Shown piece by piece: positions 39,220-52,100 of a DNA stretch of 64,000 bases; the first letter of the stretch is position 1, and each line of letters begins with the position of its first letter. The position numbers and the translations under genes were made by a program. The DNA comes from Octopus sinensis (Eukaryota): NCBI RefSeq assembly GCF_006345805.1, contig NW_021833224.1:1-64000 (forward strand), written 5' to 3'. The notes under the pieces were generated by a model. The model made no database searches, had not been told where the DNA came from, and saw only the letters and a program-made list of their open reading frames with translations.

Positions 39220-41883
39220 GTACTACCGAAAGGTGTTTGATAGCATTCCCCACTCATGTATCCTAGAAACACTAGCCATGAACAAGGTGGCACTAATAAT
39301 CATAAAATGTATAACATATTCCATAAATAAATGGCAGACCTTGCTACAGCTCCAAACAAAAGAGGGATTCATAAAAACCAAAGCCATCCCCATTAGAAGA
39401 GGAATATTCCAGGGAGACACGCTCTCTCCACTCCTTATATGTTTCACACTGACACCTTTATCTGACAGAACTGAAAGCGGATACAACTGTTACGGCAAAA
39501 CAATCAGCCACCTCTTATATATGGATGACCTAAAACTGTAGACTACAAATGATAAACACCTGGAATCATTACTACAGACAGTACATGGATTTACCAAACA
39601 AATAAATATGAAATTTGGCTTAGAAAAATGTGCCAAAGCAACCTTGAAAAGATGGGATCTACTTAAGAGTAGCATCATCACACTAGATAAAGCGAATGAA
39701 ATAAGAGAATTAGACCAAAGTTAGACATACAAATATTTAGGAATCAATGAATTAGATACGATACAACACACACAAATGAAGAAGAAAATAAAAAAAGAAT
39801 ACTATATAGGAGTTAGATTAATACTGAAAACAGAGCTCAATGCGAGAAACAAGATATTAAGTATCAACACTCTAAACGTCCCAGTTACAGCTACAATATC
39901 CTTAACTGGACACTAAATGAACTAACCAAAATAGAGAGGTAAGCAAGAAAAATGATGGCAGGCTCTAGGATGCACCACCCACAATCTGACATAGGAAGGC
40001 TATATGTACAACATATAGAAGGTGGTAGAGGCCTTATACAGCTAGAAAACTATTACAAATTAACCACCATATGACTGTAAATATATCTACTTCTGAAGCA
40101 AAGAAAACTAATACATATAGCCACAAAACACGAACAAAACAAAAACCTGTTTTCAGACATTAAGGAAACTGACAAATACAAACAAGAAGTCATACTGCCT
40201 AACAACTATGAAGAAGAAAAAGAAGAAACAACAAAAGCTTTAAAACAAATGAAATCCAAACTCAAACTGGAGCAGCAACGGACCATGATAAAACGATGGC
40301 AAGAAAAGCCCCTTCATGGCAAATACTGGGCTAAACTAAACGCAAAAGAAATAGACAAAACAAAATCCCAGCAATGGCTGAGAAGCTCAGAACTCAAAGC
40401 AGAGACTGGAGGATTTTTAATTGCAGCACCAGACAAAAGCCTCCCCATAAGAAATTACCAAAAACATATAGTGAAAAGAAACAGCAAATAACTGCAGAAC
40501 ATGTGGAGATGGGCAAGAACCAATAAATCATATTGTGTTGGCTGCCCAGTCCTGGCTAAGAGGGAATATATTCACGCAATGGAATAACAACAGAAAAAAG
40601 ATGGTATAGGCACACGCCAGAAGAGGTCACCGAAAATGAGAAAGCAACTACACTATGGGATGTTCCAATACACACAGTAAGGGAAATTAAGGCCAATAGG
40701 CCAGATATAGTTGTCCGAGATCATGAAGTAAAAATATTCTTTCTAATTTATGTATCAATACTAAAAGATGACAACGTTTCTCTAAAGGAAATGGAGAAAC
40801 TTTCAAAATACAAAGACCTGGAAATACAGGTAAGTCCAATGTGGAGTCTAAAAACAGAAACAATTCGTCTCATAGTGGGCGCATTAGATATGATAAAAAA
40901 ATATATAACAAAAACACCAGGACTAACAAATATATATATATTTCTTTATTGCCCACAATGGGCGAAACATAGAGGGGACAAACAAGGACAGACAAAGGGA
41001 TTAAGTCGTTTACATCGACCCCAGTGCGTAACTGGTACTTAATTTATCGACCCCGAAAGGATGCAAGGCAAAGTCGACCTCGGCGGAATTTGAACTCAAC
41101 GTAAGGACAGACGAAATACGGCTACGCATTTCGCCCGGCAAGCTAACGTTTCTGCCAGCTCGCCGCCTTAGCATACAGAAAATAGCACTACTAGGCACTG
41201 CCACATCCTACATAAAATACTTTCAATACAGTAACTAAAAGAGCAACACAGCAGACCACAGCATATACCCAAGGCACACAGAGCTGTGCTTCTGATCTTA
41301 ACTGATTGGAAGTGTTATCATGTACATTGTTTTGTTTTGGTATAAAAGATGGGCTACAGCAAATATTCTGTTCAATACCACAGATTTGCTTGTGAGTTGT
41401 TTCACCTTAACCATATGACCATGTCTCTTAGTGGCTGACGATATGTGCATCTCTGATCACGAGCAGAAGTAGTGGGGGAGCATCATAGCCATGTGTTGAA
41501 AGGAATTCTTAGCGGTTTGAAAACTTCACCCTTGGAAACATGAGTGTTTAGTTCAACATCCTTAAACAACCCTTATTCAGGGACCCTTTGAACAGGACGG
41601 GCTACTTGGCCCGAAGAAAGTTCTAACTGGACCCCACCTGCAAGGTCATGTGCTGTTTATCTTGATATGAAATCATGTCGCGAACATATGGTTGTATTGC
41701 ATGTGCCTGGTGCACCCTTATCAGACGGGTAGTCATGATGGGTATATTGGGCTTCGTATATTTTACCCCATTGTCACTTTGATGGCATGCACTGCTCTCT
41801 CACTCAATAATAATAATAATAATGATAACAACAACAACAACAGCAGCAGCAGCAGCAACAACAACAACAACAGCAACAACAAC

Positions 41884-41941
<58 letters not shown>
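39220..41941 (+). mobile_element. R4/Dong-type RLE LINE (RT, RLE, ~570-bp 3' UTR, (AAT)n tail), with a SINE B insertion
   Basis: RKVFDSIPHS, RGIFQGDTLSPL, HLLYMDDLKL, KPLHGKY, ANRPDIVV, EKLSKYKDL, IVGAL. Stop at ~41232; tail 41806-41941. Confidence 0.93.
40938..41170 (-). mobile_element. SINE family B, full length
   Basis: Head aaggcggcgagctggcagaaacg...gagttcaaattcc and tail ...gggcaataaagaaat. Confidence 0.9.
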
Positions 41942-41944
<3 letters not shown>

Positions 41945-42695
41945 CAGAGTATCTCAACAGGTTTGATAGAGAGCACAATATGTTTACTAGGTAATTTGCA
42001 AAAACCTGGACTTGCCCCATCATAGAAACTGGTGAGAACACAAACCACCTCCACTGCTTGAAAATGATCTCATCTCAGTCCTCTCGACCTCTCGAATTTT
42101 ACCGTTCAAACTGACCAGAAAGATACATGCGAATAGGCCAGACATTACATTGAAAGACTTCAGACAAAAATCATGCCTCTTCATTGACTGTCTCAATTGA
42201 TATAAAGGTATCTGTCAAGACCTACCAAGAACTGAGCAAGTATAAAGATCTTGAAACAGAAATTGGCAAAATGTGGAACCTGAAGACTAAAACAATTCTT
42301 GTTGTCATAGGTGCCCTAGGAATGATGGCAGAAGGGGCTGATTGCTACCTATCACAGATACCAGGAAACATCAAAATGGCAAATAATCAAAAGATAGTGC
42401 CCGTGAGAACTGCCCATATCCTGCGTAATATACTGTCTATGTAATCTCATGTTTTAAAACAAACACACACTTTTCTTATTATTTCTTAAGCATTCTCTAG
42501 AACAATACTATGTGCAAAACCAAATATATGACACCCTAGGCATAACATCAAAATGAACTTTAACTTGTTGTCTCTTGAGATCTCTGCGTGAGACTTGCAG
42601 TCAACTTGCATAAATAATAAGCAAAACTCAAAATATGATTAATAATAATGATGATGATGATGATGATATGATGATGATGATGATAATGATAATAA
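41942..42695 (+). mobile_element. Second R4/Dong-type LINE 3' end with (AAT/GAT)n tail
   Basis: ANRPDITLKD...FID, LSKYKDLE.EIGKMWNLKT..VVIGALG. Confidence 0.9.
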
Positions 42696-42696
42696 T

Positions 42697-43206
42697 ATTG
42701 TATTGGTATAAAAGATGGGCTACAGCAAATATTCTGCTCAATACCACTGATTTGCTTGTCAGTTGTTTGACCTTAACCCGTTGACCATCTCCCTTAGTGG
42801 CTGACGATATGTGCATCTCTGACCACGAGCAGAAGTATTGGGGGAGCATCATAGCCATGTGTTAAAAGGAATTCTTAGCGGTTTGGATAATTCACCTCTG
42901 GAAACATGGGTGTTTCGTTCAACATCCTTAAACAACCCTTATTCAGGGACCTTTTGAGCAGGATGGGCTACTCAACCAGAAGAAAATTCTAACTGGGCCC
43001 CACCTGCAAGGTCATGTGCTGATTATCTTGATATGAGATCACCACGTCACACACATATGGTTGTGATGGATGTACCTGGTGTACCTTTATCATACGAGTA
43101 GTCATGATGGGTCTATTGGGCTTCGTATATTTTACCCCAGTGTCACTTTGATGGCATGCACTGCTCTCTCACTCAAAATAATAATAATATAATAATAATA
43201 ATAATA
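42697..43206 (+). mobile_element. R4/Dong 3' UTR copy with (AAT)n tail
   Basis: Colinear with 41335-41820. Confidence 0.92.
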
Positions 43207-43586
43207 CATGTCCCTTAGTGGCTGACGATAGCATCTCTGATCATGAGCAGAAGTAGGGGGGAGCATCATAGCCATGTGTTAGAGGGATTCTTTTGGGTTT
43301 GAATAGTCATCTGGAAACATGGGTGGTTCTTTCACATCCTTACACCCTTATTCAACCGTTGAGCGGATGGGCTACTCAACCTGACAAAATTCTAACTGGG
43401 CCCCACCTGCAGATCATGTGCTTTATCTTGATATGAATATCACCATGTCGCACACAGGTTGTGATGCATGTGCCTGGTATCCTTATCAGACGGGTAGTCA
43501 TGATGGTATATTGGGCTTCGTATATTTTACCCCAGTGTCACTTTGATGGCATGAACTGCTCTCCTCACTAATATAATATAATAATA
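43207..43586 (+). mobile_element. R4/Dong 3' UTR copy, more 5'-truncated
   Basis: Starts directly after the previous tail; colinear with 42785-43180. Confidence 0.9.
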
Positions 43587-43629
43587 TGTTCCTTCTATAG
43601 ACACACGGTCTAGTCGATTACATCGACAC

Positions 43630-43651
43630 CAGTGTGTCACTGGTACATTTT

Positions 43652-43683
<32 letters not shown>

Positions 43684-44045
43684 TAGCGGCAGCAGTGAGG
43701 TGGTGGTGGTTTTAGTAGTAGTGGTAATAGTAGTAGTAGTAGTATTTTAGTAGTAGTAGTAGTACTTTTTTGCTGCTGTTTCCGTTGTTTTGTTTTATTA
43801 ATTATGCGGTAATCCACCACCACCACCCCTACCGGCCTTATCCTTGTCTTCATCCTCATCATCATCACCATCATCATCACCACCACCACCAACACAATCC
43901 CCATCATCTTCATCGTACCTGCCTGAATCACCAGCGTCTTCATAGTAGTTAAGAAACTGCTGTAGCTGTTCCTACTACTATAACTACCACTACAACTAAT
44001 GATGATGATGAGGCCCTCCTCCCCACCAGTGATGCAATACAAATA
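43630..44045. repeat. Mixed trinucleotide low-complexity tract (CAG/TAG/CAC/CAT)
   Basis: Direct sequence. Confidence 0.85.
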
Positions 44046-44451
44046 TGCTTAAGATCAATATAAAACAGACGGCGATGTCAAGAAAATATATTTATACATT
44101 TTCTTCTCAGACACTCAACACTCAACGATTCGCTCTGCAGTTTCAAGACTTTCAACATTTCAAAATGCTCAAACTATTTCGCAGGTTGTCTCTCATTTTT
44201 GGTAAGCTAAATATTCTTACATTTCTCTCCACGCATTTCCAGTTTTCTTTTAAAATCAAACTCAATGGCAGTTTTAATGTGTTCCATGATAATATTTAGT
44301 GATTGTGTATAAATACGATGTTTTCTCTATAAAACGATTGTGTAGAAAACTAGCGCTACACGAAGGAATTTCACAATCATTTCCAAAATGATAAAATTGT
44401 TGGAAACCTGTAAGAAACCGCAAAAATATGGAATTTCTTTGGAAATTATTT

Positions 44452-44668
44452 CTTCTTTTATCTTTTACTTGTTTCATTCATTAGAGTGCGGCCATGCTGG
44501 GGCACCGCCTTAGAGAACTTTAGTCGAATGAATTTGCCCCAGTCCTTATTGTTTTATAAGCCTGGTACTTATTGTATCGGTTCCTTAGTGACGGACTGCA
44601 ATGTTACAGGCACATAATATGCCAATACTGCTTATCACATAGCGATGAGGGACAAACAGACACACACA
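44452..44668 (-). mobile_element. Diverged SINE family A-related 3' half
   Basis: cttttacttgtttca.tcatt...gcggccatgctgg.gcaccgcc. Confidence 0.8.
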
Positions 44669-44673
44669 TGTAC

Positions 44674-44704
<31 letters not shown>

Positions 44705-44709
44705 ATATA

Positions 44710-45660
44710 ATATATATATATAATCATAATAATATTAGGTAGTATAACTCCAAACTTACAGGGAAAAATTCAATTTAGTATTAAATCAAATTTCACAATA
44801 TAATATATAAAATATAAAATTAGAGATAAAACCACTATTATGCAATTCAAACTATGATAGGCATAAACCAAAACATAAATAACATATAGAATATATTTTT
44901 ATAAAACATATAACTAGATCACAAAAGTATAAATATGAATGATCAATATATAATAAGTAAAAAAACTACGTTTCATGGCTATAATTACATTCGAATTACA
45001 ATTAAATTTAAGTTTAATTGAAATGAATTCATTTAAAATTATAGTCAATCTTCAGGTTAAGAATAATTGTTAAATAAATAAGAAAATAGAGTTAAACAAT
45101 ATTTATTTTAAAAAATAAATAAAATAATAATTTTCTTATTAAAGAAACTCCCTTAACTAAATTTGAAACTTAAAACATAAGGATTAGTTTCTTACAATAC
45201 ATTTATTATGTTAAATATTTAAGGTAAAAAAATAGAGTGAATAGATAGAAAAATGAATTTATATGTGGAGATATAATTTAGCTTTAAGAAAACATTAATA
45301 GATACAGAATATCTTTAACCTAGTTATACTCCAACATTTAATTACTAAACTATTTAACAAAACAACCACTATTAATATTTTTAGATTTTAGTTCGCATAT
45401 AATAATTATAAAATAATAAATAATAAATACATAAAAATAAGTATATATAATTTCTTTTGCACGGTTCTTGATGTGAATTCGTTTGTTGAAACAGATATTG
45501 TTGTATTTGGGGATGGTCATGTTGTCAGTTTAGCCAATGAAAATAAACGCACTATATATTTGGTGCTCACTTACAATTAGCTTTATTTCATATTAATCAT
45601 ATTTCGGAGAGAATTCTTTCGTCACACTTCTGTCACCTCATCAGTGGTCCTTTGCGTTCT
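44710..45660 (-). mobile_element. AT-rich repeat region carrying hammerhead-like motifs (probable Penelope-like terminal repeat)
   Basis: Motifs at 44964-45058 and 45605-45650; partial paralog at 31990-32060. No coding evidence. Confidence 0.5.
44964..45058 (-). ncRNA. Candidate hammerhead ribozyme with extended AU-rich stem II
   Basis: aac CUGAAGA u ugacuauaauu...aauuauagcca u GAAAC GUA guu. Confidence 0.55.
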
Positions 45661-46241
45661 CCTTTCTTTTTTGTGTCTTTCCTTCCTAACGATCTGCCAT
45701 TTTGTATTCCTGTTATATGTGTCTTTATTTGCGCATGTGTATATCTCTGTGTGTGTCTATGTTTTGTGTGTGTATGGGAATGTGTATGGTACGTGCATTA
45801 GCCATTATCAGTATCCCCTGTTTATTCACGTTCGTTTAATTAAATTTAATTTCTTTTTTCTACAAAAAGTTATGAATGTTTGTTCCTTAAATTTGAGGGT
45901 GATAATATAGATCTATACATTTTATGAATATGGTTTTATAAGGGGACTTTTGATATCAGTTACCGGCGCCATTGAGGTAAGGAAAACATTATAAAGTCTC
46001 ATGGCTGCCCCCAACAGATTTTTCTACAAAATATGTATAGATTATCCTGTTCAAGCTATATTATTAGCATTATCCTGCGTTTGAGAATGAATTATTTCTT
46101 TATCTATATCTTTTAATACATTTCAACGCTTCAAAAGCAAATCTTGTTTGTTGACTTTTAACGTAAGTTGAATTTATCGTATGATAGCATCTTATAAAGC
46201 TAGATTTATGTATCCAAACATTTCTGGAGAATTTGTCGCTA

Positions 46242-46320
46242 GGCAGTTTAGCTTAATGGTAAAGCACTTGGTGCATAATTACAGGGATGTGGTGAGTTCG
46301 AGTCTCATGGCTGGTCGCCA
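46242..46320 (+). pseudogene. tRNA-Met(CAU)-like pseudogene or SINE head
   Basis: D-stem GCTT/AAGC, loop TGCATAA, T-arm GTGAG-TTCGAGT-CTCAT, ends in CCA. Acceptor and anticodon stems are degenerate. Confidence 0.6.
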
Positions 46321-47203
46321 ACAGATTTTTCTACAAAATATGGATAGGTTTATCCTGCTAATGCTATATTATTAGCATTATCCTACATTTGAGAATAAAA
46401 TTATTTCCTTATCTCTATTTTTCAATATTCTTAAGATTAAAAACTTGAAAAATTACAGGACAATTATTACACTTGGAAAAGTTCAAGACAACTTATTATA
46501 TATGGTAAAGTGCATAAAAATTTACTTAAAATATTGCAGCTAAGGATAAAATGCGAATACTAAAAATTATTTGATTTTGATTTACAAGTAACATTAACTA
46601 AAAAAAAAAGGTACTATCATTTTGTTAAAATATTGATACACTTGAATACTGAGAAACAGAAGTCTCAATATAACTAAAGCTTATACAAAGTAGAATAGTA
46701 TACATGGTAGGCAAATTCATTGTGTAAAAAATAGGCATTGGGTCAAGACTAAAACTGGGAAGACTTGACAATAACTCAGGCAATAATTCAAGCAAATTTT
46801 ACTGTGAATTTGTTGTTATAGGTAGCTTTTACTGCAAAATAGATAGCTAATTTGTATGTTCTATTTCTTGTACTAATTATGTTCTACTATTATGTTTTAT
46901 GACCTATTTTCAACTTTCTAATTATTAATTGATAATTAAAAAATGAACATGTTTTAAAGTGTAATAAATATTTTGAGCTATTTTAAATTTTCATATAAGT
47001 AACACGCACACTCAAGTAGAAGTAATAACTTGTAATAACATTTTTAGTTTTAATAAAGCTAATATTTTTTAAATCCAAATATTTTCAAGTTCTGTAACTT
47101 GTCCTGTAAGTTTCAGGTTTATAATCTTAAGAATATTATTTCTCTGCTCGCATTTTTCAATGTAAATATGCATACATTTATGTTTGTATGTGTATGTATA
47201 TAT

Positions 47204-47595
47204 GCGCAGGAGTGGCAGTGTGGTAAGTAGCTGGCTAACCAACCACATGGTTCCGGGTTCAGTCCCACTGCGTGGCATCTTGGGCAAGTGTCTTCTGCTA
47301 TAGCCCCTGGCTGACCATGCCTTGTGAGTGGATTTGGTAGACAGAAACTGAAAGAGGCCTGTCGTATATATGTATATATATATATATGTATGTGTGTGTA
47401 TGTTTTGTGTTTGTCCCCCTAGCATTGCTTGACAACTGATGCTGGTGTGTTTACGTCCCGTCACTTAGCGGTTCGGCAAAGGGATCGATAGAATAAGTAC
47501 TGGGCTTACAAGAATAAGTCCCGGGATCGATTTGCTCGACTAAAGGCGGTGCTCCAGCATGGCCGCAGTCAAATGACTGAAACAAGTAAAAAGAG
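47204..47595 (+). mobile_element. SINE family A, full length
   Basis: Head and tail match. Confidence 0.93.
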
Positions 47596-47600
47596 TATAT

Positions 47601-47664
<64 letters not shown>

Positions 47665-47870
47665 GGTGTGTATGCATGTCCGTATGTCTATGTGTATGTA
47701 TGTCCGTCTGTATGTCTGTCTGTCTGTATGTATGTCTGTCTGTATGTATGCATGCAAGTATATATGTATTTAATATGTATGTATTCGTATGTATGTAATC
47801 TCTATGTATGTATGTTTGTATATGTTTGTGTATGTATATGTTTTATGTATGTATTCTCATACATATAGTT
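47596..47870. repeat. Compound (TA)n/(TATG)n/(TCTG)n tract
   Basis: Direct sequence. Confidence 0.92.
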
Positions 47871-49199
47871 GAATATCTAGACATGTTCATATATGTTTAA
47901 ATTACAAATTTTACTGAACGTTTTACAGATTTTTACAGTTCCAATGATGAATTAGCTCTGTAGTCTCCCAATTAGCTTTCTCATTTCTGGTTTTTGAGAA
48001 GCCTAATTTCTCATGATTGCTATTTAGGCGGTGTGTTACATATCTTGTACAAATATATATGTATGTATCCATGTATGTTTGTATGTATGTATGTATGCAT
48101 ATAATTCCATTCATATTTAGGGTTCTTTAAAGGAATACTAAACTGATTTTGAGGAAGAATGAAAGGCGAATCTAATTTGGGTGCGATATGAACTTAGGAT
48201 GGTAACTTCGTGACTAAATATCGGATGCAATTTTGTCTCACATTTTATTGATTCTTCAAATTCTCGACTTAAATCGAACATCTTTCCTCTCGAAATCATT
48301 AACTGAAACACGATCGTTAGAAGAGAAGGAAAAACCTGCCAATTTGCATGTTAACACGACATTAGCCAATCGATTTATTTTTATATTCGTTTGACGTCTA
48401 ATGATTTCTAGCGTTGACTGAAAGATACGTATTTGTATGGACAGGTGTCAGAAAGTAAAAATGTTTCAAACACTGTAGTCACAGACAAGTTTTCAGATGG
48501 TTCAGTGACGAAAACCAATGAATAAGGTTTAGCAGATAACAAATGAATACAAACATGTTCATACAGGCTACACTCAGAAATAAAAACTGTGAATACAGAA
48601 TATGTTTTAAATAATTAAACGCATGCTTGAGAAGCAGTAAATCAATGACGGAATCGATATAATGTTGATTTCTAACACCACCCCTATCTGCATTACTCTG
48701 TTGGTAACTTTCGGACGAAATCGTAATAATCCATTAGTGATACAAAATAAAACAATATTTAGATTATTCAAAAGGTAAAAGCAGGTATAAAGAAATTACA
48801 ATGAAAAAATGCGGACACAAGAAAGTTAATATTCTTATGTCATTAACCTGAAAAAGTACAGAACAGTTTTTTTTTATATCTGGCTGGCAAAAGCGTGGGA
48901 CAAGCATATTTGTATTAAATTTGCAGCTAAAGTTAAAATTTTAAAATATTTAGATTTTTAAAAACTGAAAATAATAGCTTTTATTAGCTACTCTATAATT
49001 AAAAATATATAATAATAATAAAAAATATAATTAACAATTAGATCAAATAATAACTGTTAGCAAAAACTAAAACAAATTTTAATAGCCCCATTAAAATGAT
49101 TTTTTTAATTATAAGTATTTAAGAACTACTACAAGTTTTTAATAGTATTCAGTTAAAATTTCTATTTTGCTCATCTTTTTGATAAAAAGCGTCACACTG

Positions 49200-52100
49200 T
49201 AATTCATTAATAAAAATATCATAAGTGTGGTCTTTTGGAAATTTCAAAAAAGTCTACGGTAGGGTTGTCGCAGTGTCTCGGAATAAAGCGAAGGAGAATG
49301 CAAGAAACCCGTCCAATGGCACTGCCAGAAGAAACAGAGGCACGGAAATATGTGTACCAGTTGAGAACAAAGAAAAGCCGTGCAATTGAAACACCACAAG
49401 AAACAGAAGCACAGAGAATACTGATCGGCTGAGAAAACAGGACTCCAGAAAAAAGCACGACGCCGCCACAAATTCAGCAGCGACAAGCAAACAACCAAGT
49501 ACGATAGCAATCGAGACTTTGTCAGCAAAGAACTGACAATGAGAGAATGGCTATGGAAGATGATGTGGCAGATTTTCACGAGAAAGAACGAAACCCAAGC
49601 CTTATATTGCACTAAGGTGGAAACGTTTTTAACATGCCCTAACTGCAAAGCTTACCTTTAGGGTGCTAATAAAATTCCCCTCTGCTGTGACAAAGAAAAA
49701 ATAAGCAATGACGAAGTTTCACAGATAAAAACAAAACCCCATAATTAATCGCTAAGTACCATGATGTTCATCTATGCGATCAGATATTTTTTGAATAAGA
49801 TTTATGACTACAATAATTTCCTGGCTATGGCTTCACTTGGACTGGATAATCCACCAGTTGGAGCACAGAGTGGTATAGCACTTTTATGCCTACTTTCAAG
49901 TTGTACGACCGCATCGGAAGTCTCCTGCCAGCGGTAAATAAGAAGTCAGGTCTACGCACAGCTATATTTCGTTGGCGCAGAAAATAAGATGAGAAACAGG
50001 TTGTCATTCAGAGGAGCCGACGATGACGTTAATGAGAACATCCTGCTAGACTTGCAGACAGCACTGCATATGCACAATCCACATGTCAATAGTTTTAAAC
50101 AAGCTATTGATATAATTAAGGAATACATTGCACCAGGAAAATGTTCTACCGGTGATATTATTATATGTCATAACAAACTATTTATCCCAACTGGGTCACA
50201 TGAGAGAACCTATAATGCAACGATTGCATCAGAAGTTGAGGTGGTGTCATAGTGGGAGGTGATACCAAAAATCCAAACATTAAACCTGCGGATGTTGTTG
50301 TGCAAAACAGAGAGAGAGCAATGGGAAGTTAGACTACATAAGTCAAACCCCCAGAAGCTATGACCCTCTTCATTATGTATTCAGTTTCCCTATGGGGAAG
50401 ATGGCTGGAAACATGCTCTTGAAAGACAATGACCAAAGCAAAAACATCACTGAATGGGATTTTTATTCAGGTAGAAAGAGCAAGTTCAATGACATAATGA
50501 AAAGTAGATGGTTGATGCAATATGCAAATATAGAGCAAGATCGATTACACTTCCTGAAAACGTATCAGAAACAGCCTAAAGCTGAAAAGGGCCAGGGCCT
50601 TCTGGATGCTCTTGCAAATGCTGACATGAATAACGTAGGGTCTAAGATCATTCTTCCGCCATCGCACACTGGTTCTCCTCGAATTTACAGGGAGTGTTTC
50701 GAATCTGGAATGACTCTGGTGAGAGAGTTTGGAAAGCCAGACTACTTCATCACTATGGCAACCAACCCAAAGGGGACTAAGATAAAGGAAGCCCTGTTTG
50801 AAGATGAACGATCACAGGATCGAACTGACATTGCAGCCAGGGTGTTTGAAATGAAGTACGATTCTCTGAAGTATGATCTGTTAAAGTAGTAGCACATGTA
50901 TCTACAATTGAATGGCAAAAGACAAGTCTGCTGCTGTCCATATATTGCTCTTTATGGCTGCTACAAATAAGCCAAGAACCCGAAATCATAGATCGAGTTC
51001 TTGTATGTGGGGAGATAACAGATAAGCATATGAACCCATGACTATTGGAAACTGTTGTAGAAATCAACATTCACGGATCATGTGGATGCCATAATCCAAA
51101 TCGTCCATGTATGGATGGTGATCCACCAAAAGGCACAAAATCATTTCCCAAACAATGCAGAAGTACCACATTTATGAGTGATGAAGACTATCCACGTTAC
51201 AGACGTCAGTCACCAACCGCTGGAAGTAGAAACATATTATTAGAACTAGCCAGACATCTACTGAAGTAAATAATAGCTTCATAGTGTCATAAAAAGGCAT
51301 TCCTATCTCTCCGATACAACTGTCATTTAAATGTTGAGGTTGTGCACACCGTACTGGCGGTGAAATATCTTTTCGAGTTACCTCACGAAAGGACCCGATA
51401 GGGTCAGTGTTCAAATTCAATCAATCAAATAGTACTGATGAAACAATAGGAAAGCCTCAATTCAAGCCTTGACGTGGTTGACAATGAAATTGTCACTTAC
51501 ACCAAAATGCAAGATACATCTCGTCTGGTGAGACAATTTGGAAGATATTCAAATTTTTAATTCATTCCAGACAACCCACTGCCATACATCTTTTCATGCC
51601 ATTTGAAAAATCAGCAATCTCTTACTTTTGACGATGAGCTGCCTGAAAACCTTGAGCTTGCAGCAAAAGCAATTTCGACTGAGTTTTTTACATTAAATAA
51701 GAATGACTCAGAGACCAGAGACAGGCCATATGCTGAAATTACAAAGTATTACATTTGGAATGAAAAAGAGAAGTGGCAAAAGAGGAAAATGGGATCAATG
51801 ATGGAAGATGGAATCTATGAAACCAGTACTATTGGTCTCATTGCCATTGTCGCTTATAATGTCTGGCAGAAGGAATCGTATTACATGAGGATGCTGCTGC
51901 ATCAAGTCAAAATCCCCAATCATACGCTGACTTACGGACTGATAATGGTGATGTATGTTTCAACTGGCAAGATGCGTGCACAAGGTGGGACTTTTATATG
52001 ACGAAATCATTGGAACATTAGATGAAGCCAAACATTACTGTTTCAGTGACCAGCTAACACACATTTTGTACTGTTCTCCTTACCTGTCGGCCACGTGAAC

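Noticed and set aside
41320-43586. Repeated units as a CRISPR-like or satellite array
   Set aside because: Units are 380-520-bp LINE 3' UTRs with different 5' truncations and simple-repeat tails.
43650-44042. 130-aa ORF and acidic/Gly-rich alternative frame
   Set aside because: Mixed trinucleotide low-complexity DNA without splice or homology support.
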